A DNA stretch of 15,863 nucleotides from an uncultured Deinococcales bacterium (GTDB lineage: Bacteria > Deinococcota > Deinococci > Deinococcales > JAAFIG01), in contig CAXTTL010000107.1 in NCBI GenBank assembly GCA_964247135.1, positions 1-15,863 on the forward strand. The letters run 5' to 3'. Position 1 is the stretch's first letter, and every line of letters starts with the position of its first letter. Below, one piece after another: positions 8,013-15,863 of this stretch. Under the pieces are notes generated by a model, which saw only the letters and a list, made by a program, of their open reading frames with translations, was not told the origin of the DNA and made no database searches. Both the position numbers and the translations under genes were made by a program.

Positions 8013-8665
8013 GAATTCTTGAAAAGCGCCAGACTTTCAACATAATCCGATACCGCCCAAGTCGCCCCAGCCTCGAGCAGCGCGGCTTTGGATTGCATGG
8101 TGGCAACACCCACCACCCGAGCGCCCGCGCTGACCCCCGACTTCACGCCAATCAAGGAATCTTCAAACACCAAGCAATCCTCGGCAGGGACACCCAATTT
8201 GCTCGCCCCCAGCAAAAACGGTTCGGGGTCGGGCTTACCACGTTTGACATCTTCACCCATGACCCGAATCGGAAATCGAGACTCGAGGTTTAAATCAGCC
8301 AAAACAAATTTGGTGTTTTTAATATCGGCACTGGTCACCAGCGCCATTTTGATTTCTCGAGCCTCCAAATAGTCCAGAAACTCGAGCAAGCCCGCGACTG
8401 GCACGATTTTCCCCTTGGCAATTTTCCTGTACTTTTCTTCTTTGTACTCGTGAAACTCATCCGCACTGGCATCGTCGGGAAACACGTTGCCAAGCAGACT
8501 CTCGACGATGGCTTTGGTTTTACCGCCGTGCACTTTGGATTCGGTTGGCGAAAGCGTGTAACCGTAACGCTCGAGCAGGCAGACCTCCCAAGCCTGATGG
8601 TGCAAATGTGCATTTTCGGCGAGTGTGCCGTCCATGTCGAACAAAACCGCTTTAAAATCAATCAT
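8009..8665 (-). CDS. HAD-superfamily phosphatase (subfamily IA, beta-phosphoglucomutase-like)
   Basis: Motifs FDMDGTL, VTSA, GKPDPE, FEDS..G. ATGA overlap with the MFS stop. Confidence 0.92.
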   Translation of the reverse strand: MIDFKAVLFDMDGTLAENAHLHHQAWEVCLLERYGYTLSPTESKVHGGKTKAIVESLLGNVFPDDASADEFHEYKEEKYRKIAKGKIVPVAGLLEFLDYLEAREIKMALVTSADIKNTKFVLADLNLESRFPIRVMGEDVKRGKPDPEPFLLGASKLGVPAEDCLVFEDSLIGVKSGVSAGARVVGVATMQSKAALLEAGATWAVSDYVESLALFKNS

Positions 8666-9822
8666 GAATTCACCCGTTTTTTGGCGCTCGAGAGGCGTTG
8701 AATCAAGAAAACCGAAAAGACCATTAACACCGAGACAATGACATACGCGACTGGCAAGCCTTGCAAGCTTCTGCCTGACAGGAATTCAATCACCAAAGGT
8801 GTTGCCACACCGCCAAAATTGGCGCTGGCAATCAAGATGCTGGCATTGGTTAAACCACCACCCAAGGCTTTGCTCATCCAAACAAAACCCGTTGGGAAAA
8901 TTGGACCGCACGCGATGCCCGCCAAGGTGTACGCCACTGGCGCGATTGCCGCGACGCCCGTGAACGACAAACACAATGCCACCAAGATCGCACTAGCCAG
9001 AACAATGCTCGAGGGTGAAAACCTTGTGGTGAACGGCGCGATCAAAACCCGACCGAGCGCCAATCCGCCCCAGAACAAGGAATTGACAAACGCGGCATTT
9101 TGTTCAGACCAAGAAAAGACTTTGACCAAATGCGAGGTTTCAGACGAAGCCGCGCCGACTTCAACCAGCACATACGTCCAAAACAACAACAAAAAAGCAC
9201 CCAAGATTGGAAGGTTGAGTGGCACGGCTTTTTTAACGCTCGAGCTTTCGTTTTTGGCATTCAAGGCATCGAGTTCACGGCTCGAGAAGAACAAAAACAA
9301 CACCAACAAACTCCCTACAAACGCGATCAGAAACGGGATGCTGTAATTCCCTGGCGTTAAACCGATCAAGAGCGGTCCAAGAATCGCGCCGACCCCAAAC
9401 AAGGCATTCACGATGTTGCTCATGGCGGCGCCACGTTCGCCAAAGCCGCTCGAGAAGAGGTTGTTGATGCTGACATCGATTCCACCAAAACCCAAACCCA
9501 TGACAAACGCCGCCAGCAACACCAGAATCCAGGACGGCGCAAACGCCACACCCAGGCAACCCAGCACCAAAAATAAACTCGAGAGGCTGAGTCGCAATCT
9601 TGTCCCAAGCCATTGCTCGAGTTGGGTTTGCGCCAAAATTCCCAGCACCGAACCCGCAAAATGCGCACTGACCACCGTGCCAGGATTGCCCAGAAAACCC
9701 ATGCCGCTCGAGAGTTCAAAGCGTTTGGTGAACATCAGGTACGCCGGTCCGTACATGGCTTGGATTGCACCGATGCAGGTGAAGGCGACAAAACCACCGA
9801 TGGTTGCATTACGAGAAAGCAC
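8662..9822 (-). CDS. MFS transporter (FucP/TsgA-like sugar permease group)
   Basis: About 12 hydrophobic segments; GFGGID..N, NALFGVGAILGP, FWGG.A.GR, GPIFP motifs. Start placed at GTG 9822, 5 nt after TATACT; TTG 9894 is the alternative. Confidence 0.85.
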   Translation of the reverse strand: MLSRNATIGGFVAFTCIGAIQAMYGPAYLMFTKRFELSSGMGFLGNPGTVVSAHFAGSVLGILAQTQLEQWLGTRLRLSLSSLFLVLGCLGVAFAPSWILVLLAAFVMGLGFGGIDVSINNLFSSGFGERGAAMSNIVNALFGVGAILGPLLIGLTPGNYSIPFLIAFVGSLLVLFLFFSSRELDALNAKNESSSVKKAVPLNLPILGAFLLLFWTYVLVEVGAASSETSHLVKVFSWSEQNAAFVNSLFWGGLALGRVLIAPFTTRFSPSSIVLASAILVALCLSFTGVAAIAPVAYTLAGIACGPIFPTGFVWMSKALGGGLTNASILIASANFGGVATPLVIEFLSGRSLQGLPVAYVIVSVLMVFSVFLIQRLSSAKKRVNS

Positions 9823-9827
9823 GGATG

Positions 9828-9833
9828 AGTATA
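9828..9833 (-). promoter_or_regulatory. -10 box TATACT, probable leaderless start of the MFS-HAD operon
   Basis: Minus strand TATACT-catcc-GTG(9822). Confidence 0.55.
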
Positions 9834-9844
9834 ACCAAATTGTT

Positions 9845-9888
9845 GTGGCTCGAGGTTTTCTTGAACTTGACGCAATTGCTCGAGCCAC
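9845..9888. repeat. 10-bp inverted repeat built on two CTCGAG sites just after the amidohydrolase stop
   Basis: GTGGCTCGAG (9845-9854) and CTCGAGCCAC (9879-9888) are exact reverse complements with a 24-nt loop. Confidence 0.6.
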
Positions 9889-9890
9889 CT

Positions 9891-10922
9891 TCAACGGTCT
9901 TCAAAACCCAACAGCACATTCACGGCGTTGACACCAATTTCTTCGACGGCATAACCGCCTTCCATCACAAAAAGCGTGGGTTTCTCGAGCTTCGCAATTC
10001 GAGCGCCAATTTTCAGGTAATCGGGCGTCTCGAGCAAAAACTTCGAGATTGGATCGTGTTTGAACGTGTCCACCCCGAGCGAAACCAGCAGCACATCTGG
10101 CGCGTACCGCTCGAGTTGTTGGCAGGCTAGCTCGAGGTTGGCGTTCCAAGTTTCAAAATTTGTGCCGTGAGGCATGGGGTAATTGATGTTGAAGCCTTCG
10201 CCAGCGCCACTGCCAGTTTCATCGGCATAGCCCAGAAAGTACGGGTATTCCACGCTCGGGTCGCCGTGTAGATTAATCAGCATCACATCGGCGCGGTCAT
10301 CAAAAATGGCTTGCGTGCCGTTGCCGTGGTGGTAATCAATGTCAAGAATCGCAACTCGAGCCGCGCCTTGATCCAGAAAATACTGCGCCGCAACCGCCAC
10401 GTTGTTGAAAAAACAGTAGCCGCCCATGTAATCGGCTGCCGCATGATGCCCTGGCGGGCGACACAGTGAAAACACGCTGCTCGAGCCGTTCTTGACCAGT
10501 TCCGCGCCCGTCAACGCCACGTTCACGCTGCTGGTGATCGCCTGCCAGGTGGTGGGTGTGATCGGCGCTGCCGCATCCAAACTGTAAAACCCAAGCTTGG
10601 CTTCAATCGCCACAGGAACTCGAGTTTGATTCATCTGGCGCACCGCCCAGGTGTACGGCAGCGCGTGCTTGGCATGACCCGCCGCTGTCCACTGTGCCCA
10701 AGCACCCTCGAGAAACTCCACGTAAGGCGCGGTGTGAATGCGTTTGATCGGCTCGAGACCAAAGTCTTTTGGCGCGAGAATTTCGCCCAGATTGACCGCC
10801 TGAACTCGAGCGTGAATGATTTCGGCACGGCGCGGCATTTCAAAAACAGGAACGAGACCGTCCGCGACCAGTTCAAAATCGCCGTGTTGGAGTTTGTGGT
10901 TTTCGGAGTAAATGGTTTTCAT
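9891..10922 (-). CDS. aphA: Acetylpolyamine amidohydrolase (histone deacetylase family)
   Basis: RPPGHHA, GGYCFFNN, DIDYHHGNGTQ, YPYFLGYADE, SLGVDT, MEGGY; N-terminal ELV.GLVP.FE.P.RA typical of APAH; adjacent to a polyamine ABC transporter. Confidence 0.88.
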   Translation of the reverse strand: MKTIYSENHKLQHGDFELVADGLVPVFEMPRRAEIIHARVQAVNLGEILAPKDFGLEPIKRIHTAPYVEFLEGAWAQWTAAGHAKHALPYTWAVRQMNQTRVPVAIEAKLGFYSLDAAAPITPTTWQAITSSVNVALTGAELVKNGSSSVFSLCRPPGHHAAADYMGGYCFFNNVAVAAQYFLDQGAARVAILDIDYHHGNGTQAIFDDRADVMLINLHGDPSVEYPYFLGYADETGSGAGEGFNINYPMPHGTNFETWNANLELACQQLERYAPDVLLVSLGVDTFKHDPISKFLLETPDYLKIGARIAKLEKPTLFVMEGGYAVEEIGVNAVNVLLGFEDR

Positions 10923-11007
10923 AAGATTTTTTGATTTCTAATCTTAAATTAAGCTCGAGCAACGGCATTTTTATTTTTAAATTTGAGATGAATAACTGGT
11001 CAGTCCA

Positions 11008-11126
11008 CCCTCATCCCCGACCCTTCTCCCACAGGGAGAAGGGAGTTTGGGTTCTCTACACGTGTAGCTCGAGGTTTTGTCCTTCTCCCTGCGGGAGAAG
11101 GTGGCGAGGAACGAGCCGGATGAGGG
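11008..11126. repeat. 119-bp REP/boxC/CIR-like extragenic palindromic element
   Basis: Terminal inverted repeat CCCTCATCC/GGATGAGGG. Two internal hairpins: CCCTTCTCCC-aca-GGGAGAAGGG (11021-11043) and CCTTCTCCC-tgc-GGGAGAAGG (11081-11101). Confidence 0.8.
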
Positions 11127-11186
11127 CTTCAGGTGAGGGATAACCCATTTTCTTGCACAGACAAAGAATTTTCTGCGCGGCTCGAG

Positions 11187-12239
11187 TTACCTTTTCAACC
11201 TCGTCCAAACCTTGTCACGCAGCGCGATTGAGGCGTTGGAACAAATTTTGTTGGGACGGAAGCGGCTGGTCAGGTTGGCTGGCGTGTTCACGGCGGGGTC
11301 AGCGTTCAATGAGGCGTCAAAGAATTTGCTCGAGCCTTTGATGCTGTTGTTGTAGCCTGTGAAATTGCTGGCGACGGCGATGGCGGCTGGACTCATCATC
11401 CAGTTGATGAACTTGACGGCTTCGACTTTGTTCTTGGCGGTTTTTGGCACAGCAAAATTGTCGTTCCAGAAACTCATGCCCTCTTTGGGGTAAACGAACA
11501 CGGCGGTTTTGAGTTTTTCTTTGGTGCGGTGCGCCGCGCCGTTCCATTGGTGGTGCATGATGACCTCGCCTGCTTGCATTCTTTCAATCGTGCCGTCGGA
11601 ATTGTACGCCGCCAAGTACGGTTTTTGCTTCTCCAAGAGCGCCAGAATCTTCTCACCGACTTTGGCATCGGTGGTGCAAGTGTCCGTGCCGAGGTAAAAC
11701 GAGGCGGCGTTCCACATCTCGAGCGGGTCGTTGAGCGCAACAATCTGACCTTTTAAAACCTCGGGCGGTTCAAAAAAGGACTTCCAGGAATCCTCGAGTT
11801 TGCCGCCTGGAACTCGAGCGGAATCGTAGGTGAAGCCCGTCACGCCCCACATGTACGGCGCGGAATAATCTCGGGTCGCGTCGAAGGGTGGTTTGATTGA
11901 GAAGCTTTGCACGTTTTTGAAATTGGCGAGTTTTGACGCACCAATTTTCTCGAGGATGCCTTCGTCAATCATGATTTTGACCATGTAATCGGAGGGCACG
12001 ATCACGTCGTAACCCGTCGCGCCCGCTTTGAGTTTTGCCAGCAGCGATTCGTTCGAGTCGTAGACATCGAGGTTAACCCGCACACCCGTTTCTTTTTCGT
12101 ATTTTTTGAGCAAATCTGGTGGAATGTAATTTGACCAGTTGTACAGGTTGATGGTGGCTTTGGGCGCTTGCGCGTAACCAATCGCAGCCAGCGCGGGCAG
12201 GGTCAGAATTCCGAGGGCTTTGAGCAGAGACTTATTCAT
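11187..12239 (-). CDS. potD: Polyamine ABC transporter substrate-binding protein (PotD/PotF family)
   Basis: LYNWSNYI, YDSNE, GYDVIVPSDYM, PYMWG, YPKEG...W.DN. Start at ATG 12239 after GGAGG, followed by a signal peptide. Confidence 0.9.
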   Translation of the reverse strand: MNKSLLKALGILTLPALAAIGYAQAPKATINLYNWSNYIPPDLLKKYEKETGVRVNLDVYDSNESLLAKLKAGATGYDVIVPSDYMVKIMIDEGILEKIGASKLANFKNVQSFSIKPPFDATRDYSAPYMWGVTGFTYDSARVPGGKLEDSWKSFFEPPEVLKGQIVALNDPLEMWNAASFYLGTDTCTTDAKVGEKILALLEKQKPYLAAYNSDGTIERMQAGEVIMHHQWNGAAHRTKEKLKTAVFVYPKEGMSFWNDNFAVPKTAKNKVEAVKFINWMMSPAAIAVASNFTGYNNSIKGSSKFFDASLNADPAVNTPANLTSRFRPNKICSNASIALRDKVWTRLKR

Positions 12240-12266
12240 ACAACCTCCATTGACAACAGGCAAAAC

Positions 12267-13055
12267 CTATTTTTTCTGGCTGATGAAAAACGAGACCATC
12301 ACAATGGCAAGCGAAGCCGCGAACAAAAGCGTGGAGATGGCGTTGACCTCGGGCGAGATTCCCGTGCGAATCATACCGAAAATATAAACTGGAAGTGTGG
12401 TCGCACCAGCGCCAGCGACAAAAAACGTAATCACAAAATCGTCCATGCTGGTGATAAACGCCAGCATCGCGCCAGAAACAATTCCGGGCAGCAACAACGG
12501 CAGGGTGACTCGAGCGAACGCCTGCCAGGGACGGGCGTACAAATCCGAGGCTGCCTCGAGCAATTTGGGGTCCAAACCCTCGAGTCGGGCGCGAATGGGC
12601 AGGTAAGCAAACGGGATGCAGAACACGACATGCGCGATGATGACGGTAATCAGACCAAGCTCGAGTCCGATGGCGAGGAAAAACAGCAGGCTGGCGACGG
12701 CGGTGACAATTTCAGGTACGAGCAAGGGCAAACCGACCAAGCCGTTGAAGGCGTTCTGTGCTCTGAAGGTTTTGCCTGCCATGCCCACCGCCGCCATCGT
12801 GGCAAAAACGGTGGAGGCAACCGTGGCAACCAGCGCCACAATCAACGAGTTCTGGGCGGCACGCAGAATATTGGGATTCTCGAGCACGGTTTTGTACCAG
12901 TCAAAGCTGAAACCCGTCCAGATGGTGGCGGTCTGGTTTTGGTTAAAACTGAGGACAATCAGCACAATGATCGGAATGTACAAAAACGCGAAAAACACGA
13001 CCATCAAAACGCCAAGGCTCGAGTAACGCCAGAGTGGATTGTGCGGGTTGATCAT
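12267..13055 (-). CDS. potC: Polyamine ABC transporter permease II
   Basis: FLYIPI..LIVLSFN, LVPEIV, EAA loop LLEAASDLYA, SMDDFVITFF, ISPEVNA. Confidence 0.92.
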   Translation of the reverse strand: MINPHNPLWRYSSLGVLMVVFFAFLYIPIIVLIVLSFNQNQTATIWTGFSFDWYKTVLENPNILRAAQNSLIVALVATVASTVFATMAAVGMAGKTFRAQNAFNGLVGLPLLVPEIVTAVASLLFFLAIGLELGLITVIIAHVVFCIPFAYLPIRARLEGLDPKLLEAASDLYARPWQAFARVTLPLLLPGIVSGAMLAFITSMDDFVITFFVAGAGATTLPVYIFGMIRTGISPEVNAISTLLFAASLAIVMVSFFISQKK

Positions 13056-13939
13056 GTCAGGCTGCCTTTGCCTCGAAAGCGCAGGGCGTAAATCAGCATG
13101 AAAATCAAGACCACCGCCAGTAGAGCAAAAGAGAGCGCCGCGCCGAATGGCCAGTTTCTCGAGATGCCAAATTGTTGTTGAATCAAATTGCCGATCATCA
13201 GGGTTTTTGCGCCGCCCAGCAATTCTGGAATAAAAAACGTGCCGAGCGCTGGGACAAACACCAATATGCAGCCTGCGACCATACCAGGCATGGCAAGAGG
13301 AATCACGATGCGCCGCAACGTCTGCCAGCGATTGGCGTACAAATCGTATGCCGCCTCGAGCAAGCGCCAGTCAAATTTCTCGAGGCTGGTGTAAATCGGT
13401 AAGACCATGAAGGGCAAGAAGGCGTAAACCAGCCCGATTTGCACGGCGATGGGCGTGTACATCAGGTTGATTGGGGTGCTCATGATGCCGAGGCTGTGGA
13501 GGCTCGAGTCGATCAGACCGCCGTTTCTGAGCAGTAAAATCCAGGCGTAAGTGCGCACCAGCAGGTTCGTCCAGAATGGAATGGTGATTAAGAGCATTAG
13601 CCAGGTGCGGTGCTTGGGGGTTTGCAGGGAAATGTAAAACGCCACTGGAAACGCCACCAACAGCGTTAAAACCGTGGTGATAGCTGCCAACTGAAACGAC
13701 CTCGAGAAAATCGAAAGGTAATCGCTGTTGAACACCAAATGATCGCTAAGGTCGCGGTCAAACAAGAATTTGAGATAGGCTTCGGGCGTGTAGCTGCCCC
13801 ATTTCACGCCGCCAAATTGTCCAGCCTCGAGCCATGACATCAGCGCCATCAAGAGCATCGGCAACAGCATAAACACAAAAATCAATATTGCCGCAGGTGA
13901 AATCAGCGCGTACCGTCCGAGCAAAGGATCACGTTTCAT
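13052..13939 (-). CDS. potB: Polyamine ABC transporter permease I
   Basis: [43 protein letters not shown] overlaps on both sides. Confidence 0.92.
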   Translation of the reverse strand: MKRDPLLGRYALISPAAILIFVFMLLPMLLMALMSWLEAGQFGGVKWGSYTPEAYLKFLFDRDLSDHLVFNSDYLSIFSRSFQLAAITTVLTLLVAFPVAFYISLQTPKHRTWLMLLITIPFWTNLLVRTYAWILLLRNGGLIDSSLHSLGIMSTPINLMYTPIAVQIGLVYAFLPFMVLPIYTSLEKFDWRLLEAAYDLYANRWQTLRRIVIPLAMPGMVAGCILVFVPALGTFFIPELLGGAKTLMIGNLIQQQFGISRNWPFGAALSFALLAVVLIFMLIYALRFRGKGSLT

Positions 13940-15006
13940 GATTCCGCCTCGAGAATCCGCACGGCATCGGGTGGAATAATAAGTTTGACTTGCTCGCCAA
14001 CGCTGACGATTTTGGCTGCGCCGCCATGATTCTGCATTCGCACCCGAAACACTTCTTTGGCAACCTCGAGATAAACCACGGTGTCTGTGCCAACGTAAAC
14101 AACCTCACGAACCACAGCATTCAAACCCGCGCCGTCTCGCGCGATCTGGGCGCGTTCGGGACGCACGGCAACATCGACGCTCGAGCCGAGCGGTCTGGAA
14201 TGCGTCACCTCGAGCCATTGTGTGTCGGGCAGGCGCAAACCGTTTGCTTCGGACGCGCCCGTTAAAAAGTTGGTCTCGCCAATAAAATCCGCAACATAGC
14301 GGCTGCGCGGAAAATCATAAATTTCGGTGGGCGTGCCGATCTGCTCGAGCTTGCCGTTTTTCATCACCGCAATGCGGTCAGACATCGTGAGCGCCTCTTC
14401 TTGATCGTGGGTGACAAACACGAACGTAATGCCCGTCTCGAGTTGCAAGCGTTTTAACTCGAGCTGCATTTCCTTGCGCAGTTTCGCGTCGAGCGCCGAG
14501 AGGGATTCGTCGAGCAGCAAAACTTTGGGACGGTTTGCCAGCGCCCTCGCCAACGCCACACGTTGTTGCTGACCGCCAGAAAGCTGGGCGGGTTTACGGG
14601 ATTCAAACCCCGTCAACCGCACCAACTCGAGCATGTTAGCCACAATTTTTTGAACCTCGAGCTTGGGTTTATGCTGCATTTCCAGACCGAACCCAATGTT
14701 TTGCGCCACGCTCATGTGCGGAAACAGCGCATAGCTTTGAAAAACCGTGTTGACCGGACGCTCGAACGGCATTAAACCCTCGAGATGCTGCCCGTACAAG
14801 CTGATCGAACCTGTGGTCGGTTGCTCGAAACCCGCAATCAAACGCAGCAAAGTGGTTTTGCCGCAGCCCGAAGGTCCAAGCAGCGTGAAAAATTCGTTTG
14901 AGCCAATCTCGAGACTCACATCCTCGAGTGCTGTCACCGCCCCGTCGCCAGAACCAAACACCATTCCAATGTTCTGAATCACAATGGCGTTTGAATCTGC
15001 GGTCAT
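13936..15006 (-). CDS. potA: Polyamine ABC transporter ATP-binding protein
   Basis: Walker [37 protein letters not shown]-terminal TOBE-like region. Start set at ATG 15006 (MTADSN). Confidence 0.93.
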   Translation of the reverse strand: MTADSNAIVIQNIGMVFGSGDGAVTALEDVSLEIGSNEFFTLLGPSGCGKTTLLRLIAGFEQPTTGSISLYGQHLEGLMPFERPVNTVFQSYALFPHMSVAQNIGFGLEMQHKPKLEVQKIVANMLELVRLTGFESRKPAQLSGGQQQRVALARALANRPKVLLLDESLSALDAKLRKEMQLELKRLQLETGITFVFVTHDQEEALTMSDRIAVMKNGKLEQIGTPTEIYDFPRSRYVADFIGETNFLTGASEANGLRLPDTQWLEVTHSRPLGSSVDVAVRPERAQIARDGAGLNAVVREVVYVGTDTVVYLEVAKEVFRVRMQNHGGAAKIVSVGEQVKLIIPPDAVRILEAES

Positions 15007-15108
15007 CTTGAGCGGGAATTCTAACCCGAAACCCGAACGCCGTGTTGCACTGTACAGCGTGCGTTTTGATGCTCGAGCTTTAACGCCCAAGCCAGAACCC
15101 TCAGAACT

Positions 15109-15117
15109 TGATATGAT
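15109..15117 (+). promoter_or_regulatory. Extended -10 (TGnTATGAT) upstream of the thioredoxin-fold gene
   Basis: TG-A-TATGAT about 50 nt before ATG 15169; GGAGG Shine-Dalgarno at 15160-15164. Confidence 0.45.
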
Positions 15118-15168
15118 AAAGGAAGTTGATTCGTTCGGGCAGACGCTCGAGATTCCTTTGGAGGCTGA

Positions 15169-15678
15169 ATGCAAGTTTTAGAAAATGGAAGTCCCGCACC
15201 TGTTTTTACTGCCACGGATTTGAACGAGAAAACGCTCGACCTGCAAAAAGCCTTGGCAACAAGTCCTGTGCTGGTCGTGTTCACGCATCCGGTCATCAAC
15301 GCCTCGAGGTTGGTGGTCGGGTACTTGCGCCGCATGGCGGAAATTGCGCCGAACTTACCGATCTGGATTTTTTCTGAAGGCACAGACGCGGAAACCAAAA
15401 AATACGTGGGCGAAGGTGACAAGAAATACCTCGAGATGCCCGTGGTGCAAGACAATTGCGCCGTGGCAAAATTGTTTGACGCCAAATTTCTGCCGACCAT
15501 GTACTTGATCGGGCAAGACGGCAAAATTATTAAAGGCTACTCGGGTTTTAACCGCGATTGGCTCAACTGGATGGCGCTCGAGACGGCGAATTTGACGGGT
15601 GGAAAGCCCAAAGAATTGATTTCGGACGGGGACAACAAGGGCTTTTACGAACTTGCTGAACGTGGTCCTTGCGCGTAA
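15169..15678 (+). CDS. AhpC/TSA (redoxin)-like thioredoxin-fold protein lacking the CxxC motif
   Basis: [21 protein letters not shown], cis-Pro region [14 protein letters not shown]; Shine-Dalgarno present. Confidence 0.8.
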   Translation: MQVLENGSPAPVFTATDLNEKTLDLQKALATSPVLVVFTHPVINASRLVVGYLRRMAEIAPNLPIWIFSEGTDAETKKYVGEGDKKYLEMPVVQDNCAVAKLFDAKFLPTMYLIGQDGKIIKGYSGFNRDWLNWMALETANLTGGKPKELISDGDNKGFYELAERGPCA

Positions 15679-15697
15679 AAATACTCGAGACGATGTT

Positions 15698-15863
15698 TTG
15701 AATCAAGTTCCTCCAGCACATGATCTTGGCTCTGGGCAGGTTGTGAATTTAAATTTCAAACCTGCCCGTTTCAGTTCTGGCTTGATCTTGGTCGCAGTTT
15801 CCTCTGGACTTTTTTTTCTGGTTTCAAGTTGGATGTCGCTGACCCTGGTGAACGATCACCAGA
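15698..15863 (+). CDS. Possible 5' part of a membrane protein, runs off the right edge
   Basis: Frame open from TTG 15698 or GTG 15743 to the edge: ...NLNFKPARFSSGLILVAVSSGLFFLVSSWMSLTLVNDHQ, containing one TM-like segment. Confidence 0.35.
   Translation, partial: MNQVPPAHDLGSGQVVNLNFKPARFSSGLILVAVSSGLFFLVSSWMSLTLVNDHQ
15734..15767. terminator. Hairpin, possible terminator downstream of the redoxin gene
   Basis: GGGCAGGTT/AACCTGCCC 9-bp stem with an imperfectly paired AT-rich interior; only a weak T run follows. Confidence 0.35.

Larger units (their letters stand above)
2..15689. repeat. Dispersed highly iterated palindrome CTCGAG, about 130 copies
   Basis: Hand count, first copy at 2-7 and last at 15684-15689; present in every complete gene and many intergenic gaps. 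Confidence 0.95.

Noticed and set aside
9823-9894. N-terminal extension of the MFS from TTG 9894
   Set aside because: Disfavoured, not excluded: a TATACT-N5-GTG start at 9822 fits the local pattern and the extension covers an inverted repeat.
10941-10989. AT-rich imperfect inverted repeat ATCTTAAATT/AATTTGAGAT upstream of aphA
   Set aside because: 9/10 match in AT-rich DNA with a long spacer; could be an operator but is not distinguishable from chance.
11955-12508. Longest CTCGAG-free gap (about 550 bp) as a sign of foreign DNA
   Set aside because: With ~130 sites at a mean spacing of ~120 bp, a longest gap of this size is expected by chance, and it spans parts of two normal operon genes.
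12168-13091. 307-aa plus-strand ORF and other long antisense ORFs (for example 5947-6628, 8738-9346)
   Set aside because: Opposite well-supported genes, with no recognisable motifs.
1420-14928. Helical periodicity among close CTCGAG pairs (15-30 bp spacings)
   Set aside because: Spacings seen are mostly multiples of three, explained by codon frame; no clear 10-11 bp phasing by eye.
15007-15174. N-terminal extension of the potA ORF in the track
   Set aside because: Low-complexity Ser-rich sequence overlapping the divergent gene's start and promoter; recognisable ABC ATPase sequence begins after Met 15006.
2-15689. CTCGAG copies as a CRISPR array, tandem repeat, insertion scars or cloning artefact
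   Set aside because: Spacing is irregular, flanks are not conserved, and reading frames and conserved protein motifs run intact through the sites.
15845-15862. Small hairpin CTGGTGA-acga-TCACCAG at the right edge
   Set aside because: 7-bp stem inside a probable coding frame, with no context to support a function.

Overview
Gene-dense bacterial chromosomal window, about 53% GC by eye. It is probably from a Deinococcota (Deinococcus-Thermus) organism; this is inferred from TANNNT boxes placed 5-7 nt before start codons, the LolA-like plus beta-barrel gene pair, and the style of the DUF2256 N-terminus. Genes in order: amidase (runs off the left edge, absent from the ORF track), YegS/DAGK-family lipid kinase, orphan multi-TM sensor histidine kinase, small ADP-ribosyltransferase-fold-like protein, LolA-like protein, outer-membrane beta-barrel, a three-gene split/inverted photolyase operon (FAD domain with a 4-Cys Fe-S-type motif, small alpha/beta subunit, DUF2256), HAD phosphatase plus MFS transporter, acetylpolyamine amidohydrolase with a potABCD-type ABC importer, and a thioredoxin-fold protein lacking CxxC. 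The most striking signal is not a gene. The palindrome CTCGAG occurs about 130 times by hand count (one per ~120 bp, roughly 30-fold above expectation), in all three codon frames and in intergenic DNA, like a HIP1-type highly iterated palindrome. Conversely GGCC occurs only once, at a site forced by a Trp-Pro codon pair. A 119-bp boxC/CIR-like palindromic repeat lies between potD and the amidohydrolase.
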